Positions 46,756 through 59,055 of a stretch of DNA of 64,000 nt are shown here, piece by piece. Source of the DNA: Hemiscyllium ocellatum. Its lineage: Eukaryota. The stretch lies in the NCBI RefSeq assembly GCF_020745735.1, contig NC_083423.1:38378001-38442000 (forward strand), in the 5' to 3' direction. A program made the position numbers and the translations under genes. Under the pieces are notes generated by a model, which saw only the letters and a list, made by a program, of their open reading frames with translations, was not told the DNA's origin and searched no databases. Each line of letters opens with the position of its first letter. The first letter of the stretch is position 1.

Positions 46756-46827
46756 AACACAAATTCTCAGCTCCGCGAACAGAACCACAACAACGAGAAC
46801 CCGAGCTACAAATCTTCTCACAAGCTT

Positions 46828-48640
46828 TAATCTCTCCTCATAGAACAATCCTGCTAACCCCAGTAATAGCCTAATGAACTTCCACTGCACTCCCCCTATG
46901 GTAAATATATGCTTTCTTAGGTAGGGAGACCAAAAGTGCATGCAATGCTTCAACGAGGCACTGTATAACTACAGTAAGGCATTCTTATTCTACGTTCAAA
47001 TCTGTTTCCAATGAAAGCCAATGCACCATTTGCTTTCCTAATTACATGCTTCACCTACCTATCTACTTTGAGTATGCAGGGATAGCCAAGTCCCTTTGTA
47101 CATCCATACTCTCCATTACCATTTAAATAGTAATCTTTCTTTCAGTTTTTCTCATTAAAGTATATAACTTCACATTTAGCCACATTGTACTGTATCTGCC
47201 ATTTGTCTGAACTTGTCCTTGCATCCTCACAACCACCCCTCCCCCTCAGTTTCGTGACATCAGCAAACTTGGAAACATTGCGTTTGGTCCCCTCATCCAG
47301 ATAATTTATTTTTATATATTGATATACAGCTGTGGTCCGAGCCCTGTTCCTTGCAGTACCACACTCAGAAAAAGATTGATTTATTCCCACTTTCTGTTTC
47401 CTGTTTGCCAACCAATTCTAATCCATGCCAGTATATTATCCCTGATCCCATGTGCTTTAATTCTGACCACTCGCTTTTTATGAGAGATCTTATCAAAAAA
47501 TGCATCACATCCACTCTTTCTCCCCTATCTACTCTACTCAAAAAAAACTCCAACAGTTTCATTAAACATGATTTCCCTTTTATAAACCAATGCTGGCTTT
47601 GACCATTCCAGTAAAACTTTTCAAGTGTTCTTTTAGCACATTTTTTCTAATAGATTCTAGTGTTTTCCTCATACCTGATGTTAGCCTAATTCTGTTAATT
47701 CTGCTTTTTTTCTCTTCGTCTCGTTTTAAATACTGGAATAATATTTGCCACCCTCCAATCTGAAGGTATGCTCCAGAGTGTATAAAATTTTGGAAGATGA
47801 CGAAGAATACATTCAATATTTCCAGGCCACTTCCTTCAGTTAAAAAGGAAGATAACTTGAGTACTTTAAAGATACCTTTTATTCTTATTTTGAACTTTTT
47901 AAATTCTGTATTCCCATGCTGGTCTTTCTTATTATTTCAATTCTGTAACAACACTTGAAGTATCTGTACCAAGGTACCCTGTACTGAAGATGGCACCATG
48001 AGGCGACATTACAAATGTTTCACTGCACTCATTTGAGTGCACATGACAATAAAGGCTATTCCATATTCTCTCTTTCATATTATCTATTCCACTTTCTATT
48101 TTCTTTAGTATTCTTGAATGTAGATTAGCAGGCCCAACTGATTTGTCAGCTTTTAACCCCATTAGTTTTCGAGCATCATTTTCTCACCAATACTGAATTC
48201 CTTCAATTCCTCCCCTAACTAGACCCTTGGATTCCCAGCATTTCCGGGAGGTTACTTATGCCCTCTTTTGTGAAAACGAAACCAAAGCACTTGTTCAATT
48301 TTTCTGTCATTTATTTGTTATCCATTATAATTTCTATGGCCTCTGACTGTAGGGGGCCTATGTTTGTCTTTAGTAATCCATTTCTCTTCAAATATTTAGA
48401 GAAACTTGTATGGTCAGTTTCTATCTTCCCTGCAATTTTACTTTCATACACTTCTCACTTTTAATCATTTTTTTGCCCCGCTTTGCTGAATTCTAAAGTT
48501 ATCTCAATCTTCAGGCTTGCTGCTTTTTCCAGCACTTGTATTTGTCTCCACTTCAGATCCAAAATTTTTCTTCCATTTCTTTTGCAAGTTGCGGTCGAGC
48601 CACCATTCCACTCTTTGTGTTGCACCAGATAGTAAGGAAT
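46828..48640 (-). mobile_element. Degenerate CR1 LINE continuing from 45190-45654, split by the Penelope insertion
   Basis: Minus-strand ORF remnants: NVSKFADVTKL, VDRGERVDV, GLKADKSVGP. Confidence 0.75.
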
Positions 48641-48689
48641 AACTGTTGTAATTTATGCGCATGCTCTTGTTGACAGGCTCCCGTTAGCA

Positions 48690-48920
48690 GCCTCCCTTCT
48701 CCTCAGTATGTTCATCCCTTCCTGTTTGCTACTGTTCACTTCTTCCTTCCCTTTCTCTTTGTAGTCGCATGCTTCTCCCTCCCTCATCTTTCCAACCTCC
48801 CTTTACAACTACTCTCTTTTACCTTCCTCTCCTCTTTGCAGCCACTCATTTCTTCATGCTCTTTCTCCTTTCTAGCCACTCCCTATTCGCTCTTTTCTAG
48901 CCACACATTTCTCATCCTGA
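48690..48920 (+). repeat. CT-rich polypyrimidine low-complexity tract
   Basis: Directly visible. Confidence 0.7.
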
Positions 48921-49052
48921 CTGACAGATTTTTGCTTCTATCTGCCTCACCTGACAAACTGACTGCTTCTCTCCCTGTTTAGCTGACAAATAGACATACG
49001 CGCACACAACTCTGACGTTGCCTGGCAGATAGGCTCAAGAGCAAAATGAAGG

Positions 49053-49207
49053 GGTGGGTGGCACGGTGGCACAGTGGTTAGCACTGCTGCCTCACAGCGC
49101 CAGAGACCTGGGTTCAAATTCCACCTTGAGCAACTGTCTGTGTGGAGTTTGCACATTCTCCCCGTGTTTGCGTGAGTTTCCTCCGGGTGCTCCGGTATCC
49201 TCCCACA
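49053..49207 (+). mobile_element. HE1/V-SINE-like SINE, 3'-truncated
   Basis: Same head and central domain as 42490. Confidence 0.8.
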
Positions 49208-49555
49208 TGGATTTGTTAGTGTGTGCTTCTTCTAATCTGTGCATCACCTGGACGTATAACATTGTCAAGCCCAGGTACAGTTTGGACCAATATTAAACAG
49301 CCTTCCATTCAGTAATTGTGAAGCTTTTTCTAAATAAAGGCAGGGAAATGTGTAAACAAAAAAATTCAAAAATCTACCCATTTATAAATAAAAATGAAAT
49401 TGGACCCAGCATGTTTGTTCTTTGAAATTTGAGTTCTGTCACATTGGTAGGTTGTTCATTCTGTCTGAGACACGAGACAAAGAGAAGGATAGTATTGACA
49501 ATTCCCCACCACTCCGCTGTCTCCTGACCTGTCACTTTTAGCTTTTTCCCTGCCT

Positions 49556-51555
49556 AGATGACTAAAGAAACTGAGGGTTTGGTTAAGAAAAAGAAAGAAG
49601 CATATGTCAGGAATAGACAGGATAGATCGATTGAATTCTTAGAAGAGTATCAAGGAAGTAGGAGTATACTTAATGGGGAAATCAGGAGGGCATAATGGGG
49701 ACAAGTGATAGCTTTGGCAAATAGAATTAAGGAGAATCCAAAGGGTTTTTACAAATATATTAAGGACAAAAGGGTAACTAGGGAGAAAATAGGGCCCCTC
49801 AAAGATCAGCAAGGCGGCCTTTGTGTGGAGCCACAAAAAATGGGGGTGATACTAAATGAATATTTTCCATCAGTATTTACTGTGGAAAAGGATATGGAAG
49901 ATATAGACTGTAGAGAAATAGATGGTGACATCTTGCAAAATGTCCACATTACAGAGGAGGAAGTGCTGGATGTCTTGAAATGGTTAAAGATGGTTAAATC
50001 CCTAGGAGCTGATCAGGTGTACCCGAGAACTCTGTGGGAAGCTAGAGAAGTGATTGCTGGGCCTCTTGCTGAGATATTTGTATCATCGATAGTCACAGGT
50101 GAGGTGTCGGAAGACTGGAGGTCGGCAAACGTGGTGCCACTGTTTAAGAAGGGTGGTAAAGACAAGCCAGGGAACTATAGACCGGTGAGCCTGACCTTGG
50201 TGGTGGGCAAGTTGTTGGAGGGAATGCTGAGGGACAGGATGTACAGATATTTGGAAAGGAGAGGACTGATTAAGGATAGTCAACATGGCTTTGTGCGTGG
50301 GAAATCATGTCTCACAAACTTGATTGAGGTTTTTGAAGAAGTAACAAAGAGGATTGATGAGGGCAGAGAGGTAGATGTGATCTATATGGACTTCAGTAAG
50401 GCGTTCAACAAGGTTCCCCATGTGAGACTGATTAGATCTTATGGAATACACGGAGAACTAGCCATTTGGATACAGAACTGGCTAGAAGGTAGAAGACAGA
50501 GGGTGGTGGTGGAGGGTTGTTTTTCAGACGAGGCCTGTGACCAGTGGAGTGCCCCAAGGATCGGTGCTGAGCCTTCTACTTTTTGCAATTTACATAAATG
50601 ATTTGGATGCGAGCATAAGAGGTACAGTTAGTAAGTTTGCAGATGACACCAAAATTGGAGGTGTAGTGGACAGCGAAGAGGGTTACCTCAGATTACAAAG
50701 GATCTGGACCAGATGGGCCAATGGGCTGAGAAGTGGCAGATGGAGTTTAATTCGGATAAATGCGAGGTGCTGCATTTTGGGAAAGCAAATCTTAGCAGGA
50801 CTTATACACTTAATGGTAAGGTCCTAGGGAGTGTTGCTGAACAAAGATACCTTGGAGTGCGGGTTCATGGCTCCTTGAAAGTGGAGTCACAGGTAGATAG
50901 GATAGTGAAGAAGGCGTTTGGTATGCTTTCCTTTATTGGTCAGAGTATTGAGTACAGGAGTTGGGAGGTCATGTTGCGGCTGTTCAGGACCTTGGTTAGG
51001 CCACTATTGGAATACTGCGTGCAGTTCTGGTCTCCTTCCTCTCGGAAAGATGTTGTGAAATTTTAAAGGGTTCAGAAAAGATTTACAAGGATGTTGCCAG
51101 GGTTGGAAGGTTTGAGCTACAGGGAGAGGCTGAAGGTTGGGGCTGTTTTCCCCGGAGCGTCGGAGGCTGAGGGGTGACCTTATAGAGGTTTACAAAATTA
51201 TGAGGGGCATGGATAAGATAAATAGACGAAGTCTTTTCCGTGGGGTCGGGGAGTCCAGAACTCGAGGGCATAGGTTTAGGATGAGAGGGGAAAGATAATA
51301 AAGAAACCTAAGGTGCAACTTTTTCACGCAGAGGGTGGTCCGTGTATGGAATGAGCTGCCGGAGGAAGTGGTGGAGGCTGGTACAATTACAACATTTAAG
51401 AGGCATTTGGATAGGTATATGAATAAGAAGGGTTTGGAGGGATATGGGCCGAGTGCTGTCAGGTGGGACTAGATTGAGTTGGGATATCTGGTTGGCATGG
51501 ACGGGTTGGACCGAAGGGTCTGTTTCCATGCTGTACATTTCTATGATGCTATGTT
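49556..51555 (+). mobile_element. CR1-clade LINE (HER1-like), 5'-truncated, frameshifted RT
   Basis: ORFs 49705..50601, 50537..50827 and 50713..51066 carry NYRPVSLT, QHGF, DFSKAF, GVPQGSVL and FADD; CR1-type 3' tail. Confidence 0.95.
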
Positions 51556-53774
51556 ACTGTAAACCTCAGTGAATTTAATTTTTATCACCTCTAAATGAAG
51601 TGGTATTAGGTGTTCTGAGCTGATGTTGATGATTGGAACATCAGGTAGAAATAATGGCATGTCTCGAACACTTTTGTTTTTAGCAGACTGCTAAAACTTG
51701 AGATGACTCTGGCATCTATTGTGTGTGGGCCTCACTTGACAAGGAGCACCAATGGTCCTTGCTTCCTAGTTCATCAAGTGAGGAATTCTAACACTCAATG
51801 TTGGAAGCCGGTTCTCTGCTCAGCAACTGAGAGTGGTGAGCTAGCTCCATCATTTTAATTGATCACTGTCCTCTGTTGACTGCACCATTTCATGTCACCT
51901 TCAATGACTGTGAAGGTGACACTGAAGGATTTCCAGTTCAATGCTGCCACGTGGACTGGAGGTACAGCGGGTTGTAATGAAAGGTCGTTTCAAACCTGCC
52001 CTTAAAAATCGCAAAATTTAAGAGTTGTCTCATAATATTGAGAGTGCAGTTCAATTAAGTAATGTTTCTCTCTTGTGGTAATGTTTTGTGTGAGTTAACA
52101 TGTTTGTGATGATTAAATATCAATAAACCAAGTGATTTTTTTTCTTTGGAAGATGGTGTAGAATTGAATAAGTACTGCAAATGCTTTGACCTCTAAGGTC
52201 AGTATTTTGACATTTTTGATTTTGACACCTGACCCATCTTGCATATTATTTCTATCCAGCTTAACATGTCAACTGTCAATAACATTAGATGCTTTCCAGA
52301 TTCAGATATTGTTGGAATCTTGACTACACTGTTGAAAACGTCTTCTTTTTCAACAGTAATTGGTGTGGCTTAGATTAGAATGTGGCTGTTTGCCATGGGC
52401 AGTTTTTAATTTTCTTCTGAAGAAACATTTAAGACAATTGCGTAAGCTTACCAGTCAACTGCATGAAATATTTAAGCTGACATGCAGTAAAATGTTTCTA
52501 TTTACAAAGCTCACTTATACTTTAATGAATGCATTTATTCAAACTGATGAGTCGTTCCAGAATTGATCCTAATTATGCAAATTCCATCAGTAGTTACATT
52601 GAAATCGAAGCACTGATGATCAGCAGAAAATTCGTGAAATTATATTGTCGATACCTCAGCTCCATTTTAAATGACAATTTTACACCTATTGAGCAAATTC
52701 TGTGACCATCTGCTACTTTTTCCACTGCCCAAATAGTGACTCCCCCACACCACAACTATTGAGCAACAAAGAAAGGTTACACTTCAGATGACATATTAAC
52801 CCAGATCAAGTTTTCAAATAGGAAAATCAAGGAAGGGAATTGAGGGGCAATAATTAATACATCATAAAATGATTTGCTGTCTCAGCCCTCTACATTGAGC
52901 AGAGTTGAACCCTTTCCACCACCACTTCTTCTCACATACATGCAGTGTACCACTTGGTAGGGACTGAAGTACCACCTGCATTGAATAGAGGATATAGATC
53001 TGTTACTGCGACACATTCCACCCCCCAAGAAGAAAAGGCATATCTAAAACCAAATCCCAATCCCAACAGTTAGGATGCAGTTACAAATCTTTCTATGTGC
53101 TGACCTCCAATCCTATCATAAGCTTTATTCACCAAAAGGTTTGAAAGTTTTCTAAATTAAAGATGTTTGATATTGCAGGAGGTAAAGAAAACTAACTTTG
53201 ACTCAATACAATTATGGAATTATATGGAATGGTGAAATCATAGGAATGTTTGAAAATAGCAAAAGAAACTATGCACTAACTTTATTTCAACTGTTAGATT
53301 TAAAAATACAATAACTTTCAATTTGTAACAAAAAATAATTCCTTTGCTGCAAATTAAACTCAGTCTTTCTAGAATTATTCAAGTTTTTTCTTGTTCCTTT
53401 TCCTGTCCTATGTTGGATCTCCTGGGAGTCTTAGAGAAGAATGTGGGGGGAATGTAGTTAGGGGAAAGACAAGCATTGCTGTTGACATCTCTGCATTATT
53501 TAATTGCCTTTCTCTACATAGTTATACAGCACAAGAACAGATCCTTTGGTCCAATCAGTCCATGCTGAGCATAATTCCAAATTAAACTAGTCCCACCAGC
53601 CTATTACAGACATTGAACAAACTCAGTTTTAAAATGTTCATTTAACTTGAATCGCATAACTTTTGGTGTTTGTTGCAGTATCTACTATCCAATGGAAAAA
53701 GAGGTTTTTGAATCTCTGACCTTTATCTAAGACTTACAAACTTTGTACCTCAATCCTCTAAGTTCAACAAAAAA

Positions 53775-54248
53775 CAAAGGATTAAGTTGGGACTGGAGGG
53801 TATAAATTATAAGGAGAGACTGAGTAAGCTGGAGTTTTTTTCCGTGGAGCGTTGGAGGCTGAAGGGTAATCTTATAGAGATTTTAAAAATCCTGAGGGGC
53901 TAGCATAAGGTGAATAGCCAAGGTCTTTTTCCTAAGGTGGGGGAGTCCAAAACTAGAGGATATCGGCTTAATATGAGAGGAGAAAGGTTTAAAAGAGACT
54001 TGAGGGGTAACCTTTTCTTGCAAAGGGTGGTGCAAATAGGGAACAAGCTGGCAGAAGAAGTAGAATAGCTGTGTACAAATATGATATTTAAAAGGCATCA
54101 GGGTGGATACATGAGTAGGAAGTATTTAGATGGATACGAACCAAATGCTACTGAATGGAAATAGGCCATATTAGGATGTCTGGTCGGCACAGATGAGTTG
54201 GACTGAAGGGTCTGTTTCTGTGCTGTATGAGTCTATGACTATGACTAA
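53775..54248 (+). mobile_element. CR1 3' end
   Basis: Similar to 51100-51550; ends tatgactatgacta. Confidence 0.85.
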
Positions 54249-56219
54249 GTCAGTTGTTTACATCAGCTTTAAGTGTATCTCCATTATGTCACTATTGCTG
54301 ACTGCACAGTCTTGCTTTAATTTACTTTTCGTTCCAGTCTGATTATTGTATTGGCTCCGCATTGTCTCCTCCTGACGCCTTTTGATTTAAATAAATATCG
54401 ACTATAGACCAGCAAATAGATGTAATTGCATATTTGGATTCTAAACATTCGATCAGTTCTACTGATCGGATGGTGAAGCAGTAGGTCAGCATACTTGCTG
54501 ATTATTTCGAGATTGAATTGTCCAATTTGCTCAGTTGGTATGTATCTGAAATCAGATTGAACTACAAAATGTCCATATCTAACATGTTTTTCATTTACTT
54601 CCTACATTACAATAATCTGAGGTAAATCTGAGCTGGAATTTCACTGTAATTAACATTGTGGGAACAGTAAAAAAAAAAGTAAAATTCTTGTGAAATAGCA
54701 GATAGATAGCCTCGTTACGTGCAATTATCGATATAAATCAAATGTTATCATAACTTCAAGTAGTAATCACTCTTTAAAGAAATGTGACAGTCATTCTGTG
54801 ATAGTCCACATCCATCAACAGAAATCTGATCTGTTGCTAGGCTTTTTTTTTAATTGAGGGAGCAATGTCAAGCAAGATGTATAGAGGATTTCTAGCTTTT
54901 CTCTAAACTGTGATATCTTTAATATTTACCTTTGAATATATTATGTTACTTTACTGCCTGATTTTGAGGATAAATTCGTCATTGTTGATATATTCCTTCA
55001 GTCTAGATTATGCAGTTAACTGCTTGGATTGGTGTTGAACCCAAATTCTCTGAACCAGGAGCATATCAGTCCCAAATCAGACCAGTTTGATACATTGCTT
55101 ATTCTTGAAATGTCCTGTAATGGTTCGCCAAATATGGCTTGTGAAAGGAACAACTGTAGAATAATTTATTTTAAACTCCTTAGCTTTCAAAGTTTGCATG
55201 TTGTATCTGATGACAGGTGTATATTAATTTTGAGCGTGTTTGAAAGGGACAAGTACTGTAATATAATGTTTGTATGTGTAGTTGGATTTGGCTTTGTTAT
55301 ATGAGTCTGGTTACTGATTCAGAAGACCTTATTTAAACTCTAGACATGTAATCTAAACTGACTTCACTGCAGCTTTAAAGAATTGACCCGTTCTAAGGAT
55401 GTAAAAGATTCCTAAAGAAGCATCAGAATTTCTGCCAATGTCCGAGTCAACATTCTTGTCTCAAAAACACTGACAAAACACATTGATTGGATATTGATCT
55501 CACTTTTTATATGTTGACAATTGACTGCGACGTTTGTTACAAAATACTAACTCAAGTTGATAAGTAAGTAATTGGCTGTGAAGTACTTTGCAACATCCTG
55601 AGGAGACAGTAGGTGCTGTATAAATATAAAGTTTTTGGTTTTCAATGTTTAATTCAGCCAGTTATAATTGCACCTTGCCTACTGGGAATAATTCTACAGT
55701 TAAACAGTAATATTGCAAATTAGGAATAACTTTGTCTTCTTTGTGGAAAAGTATTTTGGCTGACCTAAGATTTACTGGTTGTGCCAATTGATATGTAAGT
55801 TTGTTTCTTGTTATGAGGTTAGAATAAGAACTTGAGCAGGTAAATGAAAATTATGATCTTTCATTCGATTCCTATAAAAGCTACTAAAATAATACTGCTG
55901 AATGCCTACTGCTGACTGAAACTTGATTTAAATCACTGATACTTCGAACTCTTACTGAGGTTGAATGTTTGCAGAAAGTGCAATATGAATGAGCTTTTTT
56001 TCTTCTCTGTGGCTTTTAAACTTAAAGTGATACTTCTTCCCCTTGTTGTTCAAAGACTGGTTGTTTTGGTGCTTTTTGTGTACTGTTTTGGAGCTATAAC
56101 TGTAACCATTGTGAATGTGACCTTGATATTACATGTAAATTTTGTAATGTTAAGGATCACGTCTTGATCGCTGAGAATTTTGTGGCAATTTTGATTTTCT
56201 CAAAGTAACTGTATAAACC

Positions 56220-57260
56220 ACAAATCAAGAGAACATGCCCTGAAATGCTCAGCAGATCTGGCAACATATGTGGAAAGAGAAACAAAGTTGATGTTTTAGG
56301 ACTAAACAAAAAAGAATTGCAGATGTTTGAAATCAGATGCAAAACCAGAAACTGCTGGAAAAGCCCAGCACATCTGGTAGCATCTGTGGAGAGAAATCAG
56401 AGTTAACGTTTCAGGTTGAGTGACTCTTCCTCATAGATAACTCTGATTTCTCTCCATAGATGCTGCTAGACCTGCTGGGCTTTTACAGCAATTTCTATTT
56501 TATTGTTGATGGTTTAGGTCTGTGACCAGGCATCAAAAGTAAAATGTAATCAGTTTTAAGCAAGTGTGAAGTGAAAAGTAAAGGGGAAAGTCTGTGATAG
56601 GATGTAAAACAAGAGAAAGTAAATGATAAAAAGTGATTTTAGGCCAATGTAGTTGGGGGTAGTGATGGGAACAGTAATAAAGAAACAAAATAATTGTCTA
56701 TTGGCAAGAGAGCTCCCATCTAAATACAAAGTAAAATGATTGAGAAAGGAATGAGAGAAAATACCTAATCAGCAAATGAGCATGAATCAAATTGAGCAAA
56801 GCTTGCGATCTAAAATTATTGCATACACTGTTGAATCCAGAATGCTCAAAAGTGTCCTGTCGAAAGTTGAAAGCTCTTCCTTGAGCTGATGTTGGCCACC
56901 GTTGGAAATTTTCAGCAGGTTAAGTATAGAAAGGTCCGAGTAAGGGCAAGATCAGAGAATGTAAATGACAGGTGACTGGGAACTTGCAAAATTCACGAAC
57001 TGACAGGTATTCAGTAAGGTAATCACTGGGTTTGGTGTCCCCAGCATAAAGGAGACTGCGTTGTGAACAACAAATATAATATGTTAAATTGAAACCAGAA
57101 AAGCAAATTGTTGCTTCACTTTGAATGAATATTTGGAGTTACGGACTGTAAAAATGGAGAGTGTAAAATTAATCTTCATGTAGCTTATGGTGCTATAAGG
57201 AAGGGGATGTTGGAGGTATGTGAAGAGTGTATCTTGTGGAGGACACTGTGGAGGTGGCAA
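56220..57260 (-). mobile_element. Degenerate Penelope-like element 3' region with family C terminal repeats
   Basis: Inverted family C arms at 56342-56505. The minus strand has remnants resembling the region before the GIY-YIG motif (SFKVKQQF...). A similar relic lies at 6630-7200. Confidence 0.5.
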
Positions 57261-57813
57261 AATTGACAGAGGGATTTTCATTGCATGTGGAGACTGGTAC
57301 AGGCCTTAATCAGGCATTATTTTTTAAGTTGCTTCTTTTTCAATTTTTATTCATTCTGCACTTACTTTGAACCATTATGCTTGCATTACTTTACATTACT
57401 TACAAATACACTTTTCAAGAAAGATTTCAAAACATTACACAATGAAAAAGTACAGACTAAGTGGTTTAATTAACAATGCTGTGAGGATAATTTGGGTAGA
57501 AAGGAATAATCTTTATATTCACTGAAAAATTGAATAAAACTAAAATGTGCTGTGATAGTCATATGACATAACATTTATTATAATATTTATAATAATCTGC
57601 AGCAGATAGTTTCTTGATTCTCAAATTAATTTAATCCTTTGGCCAATAGTCTGCTCACATCAGTGAAAAGTTATCTTTTGACTCATTTATGAATTTTACA
57701 AGAGCTGTTATTTATTTTCTTCCCAGTGTCTGATGATGAGCCTTAGACCCATATTAATTGCTTCCAATCTCTGATGCTGAAATTTGTGTCCAAATATGAT
57801 ATTCCATTGAAAA

Positions 57814-59055
57814 TTACCTTTTGTTTCTTTTGTGATCTGACCAGGAGCTGTGGATTATTGGATTGTTGCGGTTGCCATCAGCCTCAATAATTGAGACTAC
57901 TTTTTTTTTCATTTTGGTTTTGAGGACCTTTTGGAATTTTTGCCTTGCGAAGGCATATAGTAGAGGATGGAATATAGTTGTTCCATAAGCCATTATTAGA
58001 AAGCACAGTCTTAATTTTACCATTACATCATCTAGACCTTTATATAATATGACAATATTAAAAATTGATATAGGCGTCCAGCAAATAAGAAAAGTTAAAA
58101 TAATTAAGAGGGACATTCGGAAAACCCTTTTTTGTCGTTCTCGCCTTTCACGATGGCGTCTAACAGCTCTTCTCAGGGCAATTATTACCGAGACAGAAGT
58201 TCTTACTCCCAGTATTGCATTGTGTCCTCTGTTACTTTCTGGTTGGGCAGTAGTTTCATGGTGTATAGTCAGTGGCATGGTCTTTTTTCCTTTTGTTTTT
58301 TTCTGTCTAGTTGAAAATCGTGAGCCTATTCTGATGTTCAAGGCTTGAAGTATTTTGCTATATGTTATCAACATTACAACAGCAGTGAAAATAAAGATGG
58401 GAATCTGAATTAGAAGATGGTAATATATTCCCAGTTCATTGTGGTATACATTTACACCAATGCAAAAGTGTGTATTATTTTGCCAGGTGTTTTCATTGCT
58501 TTGTAGATTAGCAAAACTGATTTCAATAAAAGGAATTGTAAAAGCACAAAAGGATACAATCCACACTAATGTTAGTAAAGTTATGGCTCTTCCCATGGTC
58601 AAAATCCGATTAGCTGGCTTTACTGAAATGTCATAACGATCCAGTGTGATTGCCAGAACATTTACTGCAGTTGCTACACTAGCAAAAGAAATACAGGCTT
58701 CGTGAAAATTGCAGATCAAAGCTGTTTTGCTTTCCAGTGAAACAAGAGTGACAATTATTGTAAGAGGAATGCATCCAACACATATAACAACATCCAGTAT
58801 GTGCAAGTTCATAGTGATTATATTACTGACTGAATTAATCAAGTTTGACTTCATGCAGTAAAGTACCAATACTGTCAAGTTACTGCTGAGTCCTAATACA
58901 ATTTCTAGTATGAATAATCCAGTAAGAGATGCCTGAAAACTTGCTGGGTAAGGAAGAGTCCGATATGCATTGCCGTTGATATTATGTATCTCATCTTGAA
59001 CTGTCAAGTTGACTTCTGGCTGCATGGTGACTTGTAAAATAAGATGAAAACACAT
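57814..59055 (-). CDS. GPR22: Orphan class A GPCR GPR22, single coding exon, 413 aa from the MCF start
   Basis: 430-aa ORF with seven hydrophobic segments, LDRY, CWTP, FHPLLY and the basic loop RRAVRRHRERRERQKRVFRMSLLII typical of GPR22. The recalled human protein begins MCF (ATG at 59055 here), and a splice acceptor (tttacattttcag|, exon start 59084) lies just upstream. Confidence 0.95.
   Translation of the reverse strand: MCFHLILQVTMQPEVNLTVQDEIHNINGNAYRTLPYPASFQASLTGLFILEIVLGLSSNLTVLVLYCMKSNLINSVSNIITMNLHILDVVICVGCIPLTIIVTLVSLESKTALICNFHEACISFASVATAVNVLAITLDRYDISVKPANRILTMGRAITLLTLVWIVSFCAFTIPFIEISFANLQSNENTWQNNTHFCIGVNVYHNELGIYYHLLIQIPIFIFTAVVMLITYSKILQALNIRIGSRFSTRQKKTKGKKTMPLTIHHETTAQPESNRGHNAILGVRTSVSVIIALRRAVRRHRERRERQKRVFRMSLLIILTFLICWTPISIFNIVILYKGLDDVMVKLRLCFLIMAYGTTIFHPLLYAFARQKFQKVLKTKMKKKVVSIIEADGNRNNPIIHSSWSDHKRNKR

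Larger units (their letters stand above)
45655..46827 (+). mobile_element. Penelope-like retroelement, 5'-truncated, with GIY-YIG endonuclease and an inverted 5' duplication
   Basis: ORF 46318..46737 VVYKIPCKDCTKHYIGQTGRQL..IHEHQ (GIY-YIG type). 45654-46056 is the reverse complement of 46378-46790. Flanking 14-bp near-identical duplication taatct(t/c)tcctcat at 45641 and 46828; inserted into a CR1 fragment. Confidence 0.9.

Noticed and set aside
49053-49135. tRNA-like sequence with A and B boxes (also at 4412, 23480, 42490)
   Set aside because: It continues into a SINE body with no complete cloverleaf, so these are SINE heads rather than tRNA genes.
49705-51066. Possible active or domesticated reverse transcriptase
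   Set aside because: 5'-truncated, with no endonuclease or ORF1, and broken by frameshifts and stops.
58049-58636. Plus-strand ORFs overlapping GPR22
   Set aside because: Antisense shadows of the GPR22 coding sequence with no independent support.
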